A DNA stretch of 64,000 bases, taken from contig CAWJET010000001.1 of assembly GCA_963842085.1 (NCBI GenBank), positions 608,001-672,000 of the forward strand, in the 5' to 3' direction. This DNA comes from an uncultured delta proteobacterium. GTDB taxonomy: Bacteria; Desulfobacterota; Binatia; Binatales; Binataceae. Positions 47,727-55,870 of the stretch are shown in pieces. Positions within the stretch are counted from its first letter, which is position 1. Each line of letters opens with the position of its first letter. The notes under the pieces are model-generated. The model was not told where the DNA came from. It ran no database searches and saw nothing but the letters and a program-made list of their open reading frames with translations. The position numbers and the translations under genes are program-made.

Positions 47727-47983
47727 TGGATTTTGTCCGCAGGAGCGGGGCGCGCACGGTCAAGCCCAAGTCCGCCACCGTGATCGGCCAACGGAGCGTC
47801 GTCGATCTCGCGCCCGCGATTCGAGCGCGGCCCGCACAACTGCACCACGCGCAGGCTGCCCTGCTCGGTCTTGATCGCGAGCATCGCGTCGCATCCGTAG
47901 CACTTGACTGCGCCCTCGTAGTTCTCCGCGTAAGCTTCATCAAGGTCGACGTTATGCCCGCATGAGAGACAGTTTATCTTCAT
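47723..47983 (-). CDS. Small zinc-ribbon protein within the gvp operon
   Basis: MKINCLSCGH...VKCYGC; RBS GAGG; stop overlaps the gvpF start. Confidence 0.75.
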   Translation of the reverse strand: MKINCLSCGHNVDLDEAYAENYEGAVKCYGCDAMLAIKTEQGSLRVVQLCGPRSNRGREIDDAPLADHGGGLGLDRARPAPADKIQ

Positions 47984-47991
47984 TATTTTCC

Positions 47992-48309
47992 TCAGTATTT
48001 GAGCGAGATGCCGCGGGAGCGCCGCGAATTCGAGCCTTGCGCGCCCTGGCGCACGCCCACCATGGATTCGGCCGGCGCTTCCATCGCGGCCAGCAGCGCG
48101 GCTTTCTCGAGGCCGATTTCCTCGTAGCGCGCGTCGATCTCGCCGATCCGCCGCGCGGCATGCCGGCGGACGCGGCTGAGACGCAGTTTCTCGAGTTCGA
48201 GCGAAGTGATCTTCATATACGCTGCATGGGGCGCAAGCGTGACCGCGCCGAGCGCGCCGGTGGTGCGCAGATCCTTCAATCCGCGAAGATGGTGTTTGCG
48301 CTGCGGCAT
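47992..48309 (-). CDS. GvpV-like gas vesicle protein
   Basis: AYMKITSLELEKLRL coiled coil directly after gvpN. Confidence 0.7.
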   Translation of the reverse strand: MPQRKHHLRGLKDLRTTGALGAVTLAPHAAYMKITSLELEKLRLSRVRRHAARRIGEIDARYEEIGLEKAALLAAMEAPAESMVGVRQGAQGSNSRRSRGISLKY

Positions 48310-49362
48310 CTAGGCTCCGGCGCTTCGCCGCGCTCGCGTGCGCGTCTGGCAGACCTTGCGCATCGCTTCGTCGATCTTGCGGCTCATCTGGGATTCGCCG
48401 CCGCGGGTCACCTTGGCGGTGTCGACGTTGAGCACGTCGTGACAAACCCATTGGAAGACCGTGTCATCGAGACGCGCCAGCGCACCTTTGCGCGCGAGCA
48501 CGCTTGCGATCGCGATGCACGCGCGGATGGTGGGACGATGGTTGTTGACGCCGACTCCGCGCAGCTCGCGGACCAGGTCGACCACAACTTCGGCGTCGGC
48601 GCGTGCGATCCCCGAGCGTGCGACCGCAATCCTGATTTCGGTCTCGCGATCGTAGTGGCCGAGGTCGAGCGTGATCAGCCGATCCATCAGGGCGTCGGGC
48701 GCCTTATGGACGCCGGCATACTCTTCGGGATTGGAGGTGAAAATCGCGCGGAACTCGGGATGCACCTCGATGTAACCGCCCTGGACCTTGCCCAGCGAGG
48801 GCAGGCTCAGCATCTTCTCTTCCAGCACGCTGAGCAGCACGTTGTTGGCTTCGGCGCGCGAACGGTTGAACTCGTCGTAGATGAGCGTATAGCCGTCGCG
48901 GCATGCGGTAGTCAGGCGATTCTCCATCCACAGCACCCGCATGTTTTCCTCGGACTTGAGGACCGAGTGGATGTAGTTGTCGATGAACTTGGATTTCCTG
49001 TAGCCGACATCCTTGCCGGTGAGATCGGAACTCACGAATTCGTCATCGCCGTGAATCAGGATGACCGGGCGCCCGAGCTTGGCCGCGATATGAAACGCGA
49101 TGGTGGTCTTGCCGGTGCCGGCGAAGCCAGCCAGGTGAAGCGGGTAGCCGATTTCGAGGTAGGACAGCGCGCGCTGCGTCAGATCCTCGACGTAGGGGCT
49201 GGAGACGAAGCCATCGCTGGCTTCCGGAACAAAGACGCTGTCGGGCGGCTCGGCCACTGGGTCATCGGGGCTCTCGACCGCCTCGGTCTGGTCCTGCTCG
49301 AGCAGACTTGCCAAGGGCGCGTCCCGGTATCCTTGCCCGTTGAGTTGTTCCGCGCCCTTCAC
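48310..49362 (-). CDS. gvpN: Gas vesicle AAA+ ATPase GvpN
   Basis: HLAGFAGTGKT, DNYIHSV.K, YDEFNRSR.EANN, TSNPEEYAGVH. Confidence 0.97.
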   Translation of the reverse strand: MKGAEQLNGQGYRDAPLASLLEQDQTEAVESPDDPVAEPPDSVFVPEASDGFVSSPYVEDLTQRALSYLEIGYPLHLAGFAGTGKTTIAFHIAAKLGRPVILIHGDDEFVSSDLTGKDVGYRKSKFIDNYIHSVLKSEENMRVLWMENRLTTACRDGYTLIYDEFNRSRAEANNVLLSVLEEKMLSLPSLGKVQGGYIEVHPEFRAIFTSNPEEYAGVHKAPDALMDRLITLDLGHYDRETEIRIAVARSGIARADAEVVVDLVRELRGVGVNNHRPTIRACIAIASVLARKGALARLDDTVFQWVCHDVLNVDTAKVTRGGESQMSRKIDEAMRKVCQTRTRARRSAGA

Positions 49363-49646
49363 GCTCTTTTGCCCGTGAAATTCCGCCGCGCGCGCATCCG
49401 CTCGGCGTGCAGCCCGTCCATCATATCGTGGATGAAGCGCTGATTTTCGGCGTTGAAGTCGCCGCGCAGCTCGCGCATCCTGGCATGCTCATCGTGCATC
49501 GCCGCGCGCATCGCGGAGAGCATCTTGGCGGTATCGGAGCGGAGGGTGGTGCCGAATCGACGCAATCGATCGACCATCTTTCGGCGCTCGCGGTGGAGGG
49601 CGTCAATTTCGTGCCGGAGATTCATCATGTCGCTGGCAAAGTGCAT
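49359..49646 (-). CDS. GvpC-like helical protein
   Basis: 95-aa charged amphipathic helix between gvpA and gvpN (the gvpC position). Confidence 0.65.
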   Translation of the reverse strand: MHFASDMMNLRHEIDALHRERRKMVDRLRRFGTTLRSDTAKMLSAMRAAMHDEHARMRELRGDFNAENQRFIHDMMDGLHAERMRARRNFTGKRA

Positions 49647-49683
49647 TGCTATAGTCCTCGATTTTATGCTGCGGTCCCTCGGC

Positions 49684-49722
49684 TAGCGCCGGAAAGGTTT
49701 TACACCCCCCTTCCGGCCGCTA
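49684..49722 (-). terminator. Stem-loop after gvpA (attenuator / mRNA stabiliser)
   Basis: TAGCGGCCGGAAGGG...CCTTTCCGGCGCTA on the minus strand. Confidence 0.55.
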
Positions 49723-49735
49723 ACCTCGGGAGTTA

Positions 49736-49954
49736 TTAGGCCGGCGTTGCTGCCGATGCCGTTAATCCGATCGCTTCGGCGTACTTGAGGTACGTTTCGA
49801 CCGACGCGATCACCACTCTCGCTTCGACCGAGAGCAGCTCGATTCCCACCAACGAGACCTTGACCCATGCGTCAATCACGATGCCTTTGTCGAGGATTCG
49901 ATCCACGACCTCGGCCAGACTGGACGAATCGGTCGCCTTCTGAACTCGTGCCAC
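49736..49954 (-). CDS. gvpA: Gas vesicle structural protein GvpA (72 aa)
   Basis: [52 protein letters not shown]; RBS AAGGAGG before GTG. Confidence 0.98.
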   Translation of the reverse strand: MARVQKATDSSSLAEVVDRILDKGIVIDAWVKVSLVGIELLSVEARVVIASVETYLKYAEAIGLTASAATPA

Positions 49955-50309
49955 TTTGCAGTCCTCCTTGCGTCTTCTCGCGATCACCTGGGGCGGTGGG
50001 CGGAAGTGATTTGGATGGACTTCTTCAGAGCACCGATCGTGCCGAGGAGGGGTGCGCAGAATTGAACTGTTGAGCGCGGCTGCGGTCACACTTGGCAATC
50101 GAGAGCGCGCAGGTGATGCCACTTTTGGGACACTCCATCGCATTCGGGTGTCCGTTTTTGGGCGACCGTGAATGCGGCCGACGCGAACCGTTTGGTTAAA
50201 ATATTTCTCAAGACCTTCCACCGCGGTAGCCATTGATGGAGCAGCAGCAGGATAGCAGCGAAGCGGAATCGAAGGTTATAAGTAATAAGGAAGGATTCGA
50301 GGAGATTTT

Positions 50310-50750
50310 ATGAAACCACTGCCTCACATATACACTGCGCAACTCTCGGGCGGCTGCGAGGGGTACGCTGTAGTCTCGGTTGCGGGAATACCTGAACTTC
50401 GCGTCGCTCCGCCAGCAGATTTCGACGGGCCGGGCGATGCCTGGAGTCCCGAACATCTGCTGATGGCGGCGGTCGAGAGCTGCTTCCTCTTCACGCTTCG
50501 CGCGGTAGCCAAGGCGTCGAGGCTGGCGTTCGAATCGTTGGAGCTGTCGGGCGAGGGCACGCTCGATCGCAAAGATGGTGTGACTCGTTTTACGGAGATC
50601 GTGCTTCGCCCGCGACTCAAGCTCGCGGCGGACAGAGACCGAGACAAAGCCATACGGGTGCTCGAAAAAAGCGAGAAGGCGTGTTTGGTCTCGGCCTCGC
50701 TATCCACGCACATCCGGCTCGAGCCGGAAATCGTGTCCGGCCCGAGCTGA
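50310..50750 (+). CDS. OsmC family protein
   Basis: FDGPG..WSPEHLL.AA..SC...KACLVSASL. Confidence 0.93.
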   Translation: MKPLPHIYTAQLSGGCEGYAVVSVAGIPELRVAPPADFDGPGDAWSPEHLLMAAVESCFLFTLRAVAKASRLAFESLELSGEGTLDRKDGVTRFTEIVLRPRLKLAADRDRDKAIRVLEKSEKACLVSASLSTHIRLEPEIVSGPS

Positions 50751-50775
50751 TCAATTCTCCGCCCAGGCTCCTCAC

Positions 50776-51669
50776 TCAGAGTGAGTGCGCGCTGCGCACG
50801 TCCACGACTCCCCACAGCATCGCGCGATCACAAGCGGCGTAGTTGGTGGCAAGTTCAGGCGGCGGCTCGCCAAAGCTTCGCAACACGACGACAGCGTCTT
50901 TCGTCGCCGCGCGGTGGACGGCCCGCAAAAGCCGAATCCGGTAAGAAGGATCCGCGCCATCGAGGATGTTCGAGAGCGAGAACGCGTCAAAGAAACCTGC
51001 CGGGCACGACTCCAGGTACGCAGCCGCGTCCGCAAGCACGAACTGAATGCGGGGCACTTTCGGCCGGAGTTCGTGCTCGTCGTCAGTTTCACCCAGGAGC
51101 AGTGCGCGGGCGTAAGGGTTGGTCGCGTTCGCATGCCGGGCGAAGCCCCGCTCCAGCCGGCTTCGAAGCACCGCGCCGAACTTTGCGGGCAAGAACGAAA
51201 GGAACTGCGGCGCGTAAACGATGCGCAGGATGGCGGGCGACATCAGCGCATCGAAGCTTGCGCGGAAACGGCGAGTGTCGAGATGCGCGCGCCAGAACGC
51301 AACCTGTTCCGTCACATTGGAGAGAGCGAGAAAGGAACGAATGACCCCGTCGCGCCAGCCCACGAGCGGCAGAAAGGCGCGCGCGAAGGCCATCGCCCGT
51401 TCAGCGTCGCCAACCTCTGCGGCGGCGCCTCGGACGCGGCGCTCTGCGTACGCCAGTTGCGCCGGGTTGATGTCGCAAGCAACGACTTCGTGGCGATCGC
51501 AGAGCCGCATCGCCGTGCAGCCGGCCGACGCGATGCAAAACACGCGCTCCTTGCTTCGGAACGCCGCTCGCTCGATCTCGGTGTCTTCGTACATGTGTCC
51601 GAACAGCAAGCGGTGAGGACCGAGCGCGGTGCCGAGGCGTCCCGCGCGCCACGGCGTTTCCAGACTCAC
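50776..51669 (-). CDS. DUF3419 / BtaA-like SAM-dependent aminocarboxypropyl-transferase family
   Basis: MYED..IE, CIASAGC, ACDINPAQL, LSNILD; GTG start coupled to the upstream stop. Confidence 0.75.
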   Translation of the reverse strand: MSLETPWRAGRLGTALGPHRLLFGHMYEDTEIERAAFRSKERVFCIASAGCTAMRLCDRHEVVACDINPAQLAYAERRVRGAAAEVGDAERAMAFARAFLPLVGWRDGVIRSFLALSNVTEQVAFWRAHLDTRRFRASFDALMSPAILRIVYAPQFLSFLPAKFGAVLRSRLERGFARHANATNPYARALLLGETDDEHELRPKVPRIQFVLADAAAYLESCPAGFFDAFSLSNILDGADPSYRIRLLRAVHRAATKDAVVVLRSFGEPPPELATNYAACDRAMLWGVVDVRSAHSL

Positions 51670-52061
51670 AGCCACCCTCCCGGAATTGCGCCGCACACCC
51701 AAGCCAGCACGAGGAAGGCTGCGTTCTTTACGATCATGCCGGCGGGATCGGGGATGATGTCGCGCGCCCACAGCAGCCCGTTGAGATTGAGGACGACCAG
51801 CAAGACGACCTCCACAATCGCGCAGGCGCCGGGATGAATTCCGGACAGCACCCACGCGGCCAGCGCAACCTCAACAACGCCGAGCACTCTGAGAAACAAT
51901 TGACCGAATCGTTGGCCGAACCTCGGCACGCTCGCGACAACTTGCGCCTCCAGGGCGGCGCGGCCGAGAACCTTGCACCACAGCCCCTCGTACAGCCAGA
52001 CGGCGGCGACGGCGCCGCGCATTACAATTAGTGGCGGGAACGCGATTGCGACGTCGTGCAT
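51666..52061 (-). CDS. DoxX-like membrane protein
   Basis: AAVWLYEGLWCK, LGVVEV, DP.GM.VKN; hydrophobic. Confidence 0.8.
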   Translation of the reverse strand: MHDVAIAFPPLIVMRGAVAAVWLYEGLWCKVLGRAALEAQVVASVPRFGQRFGQLFLRVLGVVEVALAAWVLSGIHPGACAIVEVVLLVVLNLNGLLWARDIIPDPAGMIVKNAAFLVLAWVCGAIPGGWL

Positions 52062-52708
52062 GCGGCTTCCTGTGGAGGAATGCCCTTCGGCATCGAGCGT
52101 TCCGCGATTGCGGAGCGCTTCGACGACCGTGCGCGAGGGAGTGAGGCGCGCATACCGCCGAGGATGTGGCGGTGAAGCTCATGAGCCAGAAACCGTTCAA
52201 AAGGACGCCAGAAGTAGCGCGGCCGCAGATGTCCCCGGTAATTCGTGGTAAGCACGACCTCAGTCTGGTCGCCGCGGGATCGAAGCTCATACGAACCTCC
52301 AAGCGTCGTGACACAGCCTTCGATCCCAAGGTGCTGCTCGGTCACTTCGAATTGCACGAGGCGGGGTGGCTCAACGACCTTGATGCGCTTCACCATGTCT
52401 CCGCCCTTGTACCTGCACTGGACGGACGCTCCAACGCAGGTCTTGTCGCCTTCGGTCCTCACCGGATGCGGCAGCAGGACCCGCAGAAGAAGTGGCGGCC
52501 GCACCGGGACTTCCTCGTACGACAGCATTTGTTGCCAGACTGTTTCGGGGCTCGCGTGAAAGTGAACCGAGGTAGCGACTATCTCGGTCGCAGCGTTTCG
52601 CGAGAAGAGACGCCCCACGAGGCTGAGCCATCTCTCTCTGCGAGGCTTTGGCCGCGGCACCGTCGAGCTCGCGCTCGTAACTGATGTGTCGTCGTTCCCA
52701 CCGGTCAT
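52028..52708 (-). CDS. SRPBCC/START-like domain protein
   Basis: TSV.F.ASPE.VW, LLP.P, V.EP...L.F.V, T.V.LTT.Y, PR.FW, H.LH..IL; RBS GGAG. Confidence 0.7.
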   Translation of the reverse strand: MTGGNDDTSVTSASSTVPRPKPRRERWLSLVGRLFSRNAATEIVATSVHFHASPETVWQQMLSYEEVPVRPPLLLRVLLPHPVRTEGDKTCVGASVQCRYKGGDMVKRIKVVEPPRLVQFEVTEQHLGIEGCVTTLGGSYELRSRGDQTEVVLTTNYRGHLRPRYFWRPFERFLAHELHRHILGGMRASLPRARSSKRSAIAERSMPKGIPPQEAACTTSQSRSRH

Positions 52709-52820
52709 TGGCAATCTCTCCACTTCAGGGTTAAGGGTGAAGGGTTTGCGCGAACAGGATGAGGGGTCAAGGTTCAACGGGTAATTTCCGGTGAGATAGC
52801 CAGTCGCGACATTGATATTG

Positions 52821-53231
52821 TCAGTCTTGTTCCCGACGTGGCGTACTCCGCAGGCGCTCCGCGACCAGATCGGCGAGCCGTTCGTAGTCGATTTCGGGGG
52901 TCGCGGAACTCTGCGGACTGGACCTGAGCCGATCGGCCGTATGGCGAGCCGCGACGGCGAGTTCGTCGAAGAAACGAGCGTTGCCGTCCAGCAAACCATC
53001 CGCCAGGTTGCGCGGCAGTCCGGCATTACCGGCATCCTCGTTAAGTCTGGCGGACAACGCTTGAAACGCAGCCGCTGAGGCAGCGGCAATACCACCGAGG
53101 ATCTCGGATACCACGGTAGTGGCGTTTCGAGCGGGATCGGACATAAAGTCCTCAAGCTTGGAGGAGCGCTCGGACGCGGGTTTCTTCAAATCAAATTGAG
53201 CTGCGGATTCTCTTTTCGTTTCTTCTTGCAT
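52821..53231 (-). CDS. Hypothetical helical protein downstream of the ABC1 kinase
   Basis: Co-oriented, 19-nt gap; amphipathic helices, IDYERLADLVAERL. Confidence 0.6.
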   Translation of the reverse strand: MQEETKRESAAQFDLKKPASERSSKLEDFMSDPARNATTVVSEILGGIAAASAAAFQALSARLNEDAGNAGLPRNLADGLLDGNARFFDELAVAARHTADRLRSSPQSSATPEIDYERLADLVAERLRSTPRREQD

Positions 53232-53250
53232 TTTTTGCCTCGATTTTCCG

Positions 53251-54951
53251 TCATTCGCCTTCCAGACCCGACTCCAGCCGCGATAGCAGTCTCAAAAGAA
53301 TCAGCGTAATCACCACGATCAGCAGCAATCGATTGGTAGCGAAATCCATGAGGTGATGAGACCACGAACTCTGCGGCCAAATCAACGTCGAGATGGCGAG
53401 CGCACTTGCCAGGAACAGCAGGCGCTTCAACGATCGAACCGCCAGAAGAAAAGATCGTTCAAGAGCGCTAAGGTTACCCTGGTAAGTTCGTCCGGTTTCA
53501 CTTAATCGCCAGGCCCAATCGATCACCTGGCGAGCAGCCGCAGGCACGTCTGAAATCACTTCAGCCGTCAGTGCGAATGCTGAAGGGCTATAGACTGAGA
53601 ACGCCTTTCTCAACTGCCTGGCGCTCTCGTCGACCGCGAACTCCCTCAGAACCACGGTCCAATCGACTTGAGGATCAAGGCTGAGCATCGCACTATCGCC
53701 AACGATCATCGCCCGGTAGAGGCGGGTAAGAGCGGTTGGCAAGGTGATTCCCCATCGGCGGACTGCCTTAAAGACGTTCATGAGAAAGACACCAATGCTT
53801 TTTTCCGCGGCGGAGGCCCAAGGATCTTTTGAGCTCGCGATCCATTCCGCGATGGCGTATTTCGTAGATAGCTCAAAACTGGTCAGATCCCGGGCCGGAA
53901 GGGGTTCCAGAGTTTCCAGCAGAGCCTGGTAGGCGCGATCGACGTCATCTTGTGCGACAGCCAGACGCAAGCTGAATTGTTGGCGCCAGGTTCGTTCGTC
54001 GAGCACGCCGACTATGCCGAAGTCAACCCATCCCAGGGTGCCGCCCTTTAACACGATAAGGTTGGCCGGATGCGGATCGGCATTGTAAATGCGATGTCCA
54101 ATGGTCTGCTCGAGAAACGAGCGAAGCACCAGTCTCGCTGTTCGCTCCGGGGAGATCCCGATCGCTCGCCACGCTGCAAGTCTTTCGGTGTCGTTCGACG
54201 CGACGGCGTCGATAAGCTCTTTGACCGATACTCCCTCGAAACGCTCAAGGGTGATTATATTGTCGTTGGACAATTGCCTGAACACGGCGGGGGCGCGATG
54301 ATCGATTTCATCCGATGCCAGAAGCTGCTGCATCTGATGAGTGCTGCGTGCTTCACGTCGAAAATCCAGTTCTTCTCGGGTAAGTTCGGCCAGGCCTTGG
54401 ACTATGGAAGCCAGATCCACGCCCGGTATCAGCGGAATTACTGACAAGAGTCTCAAGAGGGACAAGTCCGCTTGAAGGAGGCGGACGATACCGGGTCTTC
54501 GTACTTTTATGACGACCGCGGTGCCGTCGTGCAGAGTGGCTGCATGGACCTGAGCGATAGAAGCTGACGCGAGCGGCGCCGGCTCGATCTTCGCGAATTG
54601 GCTGAAGAGGTCCGCTCCAAGACTGACGCGTACTATTCGCAGGATCGTGTTGGACGGCAACGGGCGAACCTGATCGAGAAGGGTCATCAACTCACGACAG
54701 TACTCTGATGCAACCAAGTCAAGACGCGTCGCCAGAAACTGTCCGAGCTTTACAAAACCACCGCCCATGCGTTCCAGGTAGGCGCGCAGAAGCCGTGCGG
54801 CCCGCCTTCTGCTAATGACGTCAAGCATACCGACCATCAGCGCCAGTGGCGGCAGTGTCGCCAAAATTAACAGGCCTCGCCCCAATGTGAACAGGACGCC
54901 AAACGGGCGTCGTATCAGGAGCAATAAGTCTGGGCCGTCGTCGCGCCGCAC
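53251..54951 (-). CDS. AarF/UbiB/ABC1 atypical kinase
   Basis: KLGQ, ASASIAQVH, VIKV.RP, ELDF..EA, ADPHPAN, VDFG.VG; two C-terminal TMs. Confidence 0.93.
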   Translation of the reverse strand: MRRDDGPDLLLLIRRPFGVLFTLGRGLLILATLPPLALMVGMLDVISRRRAARLLRAYLERMGGGFVKLGQFLATRLDLVASEYCRELMTLLDQVRPLPSNTILRIVRVSLGADLFSQFAKIEPAPLASASIAQVHAATLHDGTAVVIKVRRPGIVRLLQADLSLLRLLSVIPLIPGVDLASIVQGLAELTREELDFRREARSTHQMQQLLASDEIDHRAPAVFRQLSNDNIITLERFEGVSVKELIDAVASNDTERLAAWRAIGISPERTARLVLRSFLEQTIGHRIYNADPHPANLIVLKGGTLGWVDFGIVGVLDERTWRQQFSLRLAVAQDDVDRAYQALLETLEPLPARDLTSFELSTKYAIAEWIASSKDPWASAAEKSIGVFLMNVFKAVRRWGITLPTALTRLYRAMIVGDSAMLSLDPQVDWTVVLREFAVDESARQLRKAFSVYSPSAFALTAEVISDVPAAARQVIDWAWRLSETGRTYQGNLSALERSFLLAVRSLKRLLFLASALAISTLIWPQSSWSHHLMDFATNRLLLIVVITLILLRLLSRLESGLEGE

Positions 54952-54988
54952 TGGAGTTATCTATAGGACTGTCGTTGTAAGGCTGAAG

Positions 54989-55825
54989 TTAGATTCCGGC
55001 AAAGAAAGCTATCAGCGTCACAGCAAGCAGAAAGAAGCCGATGCCGACAGTGACGATCGCAATGACTCCGGCAAAATTATTGAGCCAGCGCGGCGGTTTG
55101 TCAGCCTCAACTTGCTTGAACTCGTTATGCTCGGCCAGGCGCTGGTACTCCAGGGGCCGTTCAAGGCGCAACTCATCGCCGCTTACCCGGCCGGTAAAGA
55201 TCACCGGATCCATCGGAAATTTCTCGGGCCGCAGGTGGGTGTTGAAATAATGGATGATGAAGATGAACCATACTGCGAGCAGCGCTTCTTCGCCATGGAT
55301 AAGCAGCGCCACGTTGAGCATGTAGCCGGGCATGAACCGCGCAAAGAAAGGCGCAAACCACATCATGTACCCGCTCAGCCCGATCATAGCCAGTCCCCAA
55401 AAGACCGCCCAGTAGTCGAATTTCTCCCAGTAGGTGTAGCGGGCGAAACTCGGCTTCGGTCCCAGCCAGAAAAACCACTTGAAATGCCGATAGAGGTCGA
55501 AAAGGTCCTGGGGTTGCGGGACTAACGAGGTCGGTCCCCAGAACATCCCTCGTTCGCCCTTGATGAGACCGCGGTAAAGGACTTGGCCTACATGGAAGAC
55601 GAAGCCCGCTGTCAGCAGCACGCCGCAAAGCTTGTGAAGGAAGAGAACGGCGCCAAAGCCGCCCATCGTATCGGTGATGTCCTTCGCCCACAGCGTGTCG
55701 CTGAAGCGCAGGGGCATCCCGGTAGCTGCCAGCCCAATGAATGTCACCATGAGGAGAGCATGAAGAAAACGCGGCCCCAGCGTAAACCGGAAGTAATAAT
55801 CGGTGGCCGGCTTGTCGGCGTTCAT
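54989..55825 (-). CDS. Cytochrome b (FdnI/HyaC/CbcL-b-type) membrane subunit
   Basis: RF....R.LH...TG, His ligands, RY.YWEKFDYWAVFWG, IHGEEALLA, H.FNTH. Confidence 0.9.
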   Translation of the reverse strand: MNADKPATDYYFRFTLGPRFLHALLMVTFIGLAATGMPLRFSDTLWAKDITDTMGGFGAVLFLHKLCGVLLTAGFVFHVGQVLYRGLIKGERGMFWGPTSLVPQPQDLFDLYRHFKWFFWLGPKPSFARYTYWEKFDYWAVFWGLAMIGLSGYMMWFAPFFARFMPGYMLNVALLIHGEEALLAVWFIFIIHYFNTHLRPEKFPMDPVIFTGRVSGDELRLERPLEYQRLAEHNEFKQVEADKPPRWLNNFAGVIAIVTVGIGFFLLAVTLIAFFAGI

Positions 55826-55870
55826 ATTCTCTCCCGCAAAGCTCGCCATTCCCGCAAACCCCCGGACGGC

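Noticed and set aside
50106-50121. Possible sigma54 promoter for gvpA (TGGCATCACCTGCGCG, minus strand)
   Set aside because: GG-N10-GC spacing fits, but the -12 element lacks TT, which is too weak in GC-rich DNA.
49955-50233. 93-aa N-terminal extension of GvpA (165-aa ORF)
   Set aside because: A strong RBS precedes GTG 49954, giving a canonical 72-aa GvpA. The extension looks like non-coding leader.
52709-53155. N-terminal 149 aa of the 375-aa ORF
   Set aside because: It overlaps the 52821-53231 gene in another frame. The RBS and domain start support ATG 52708.
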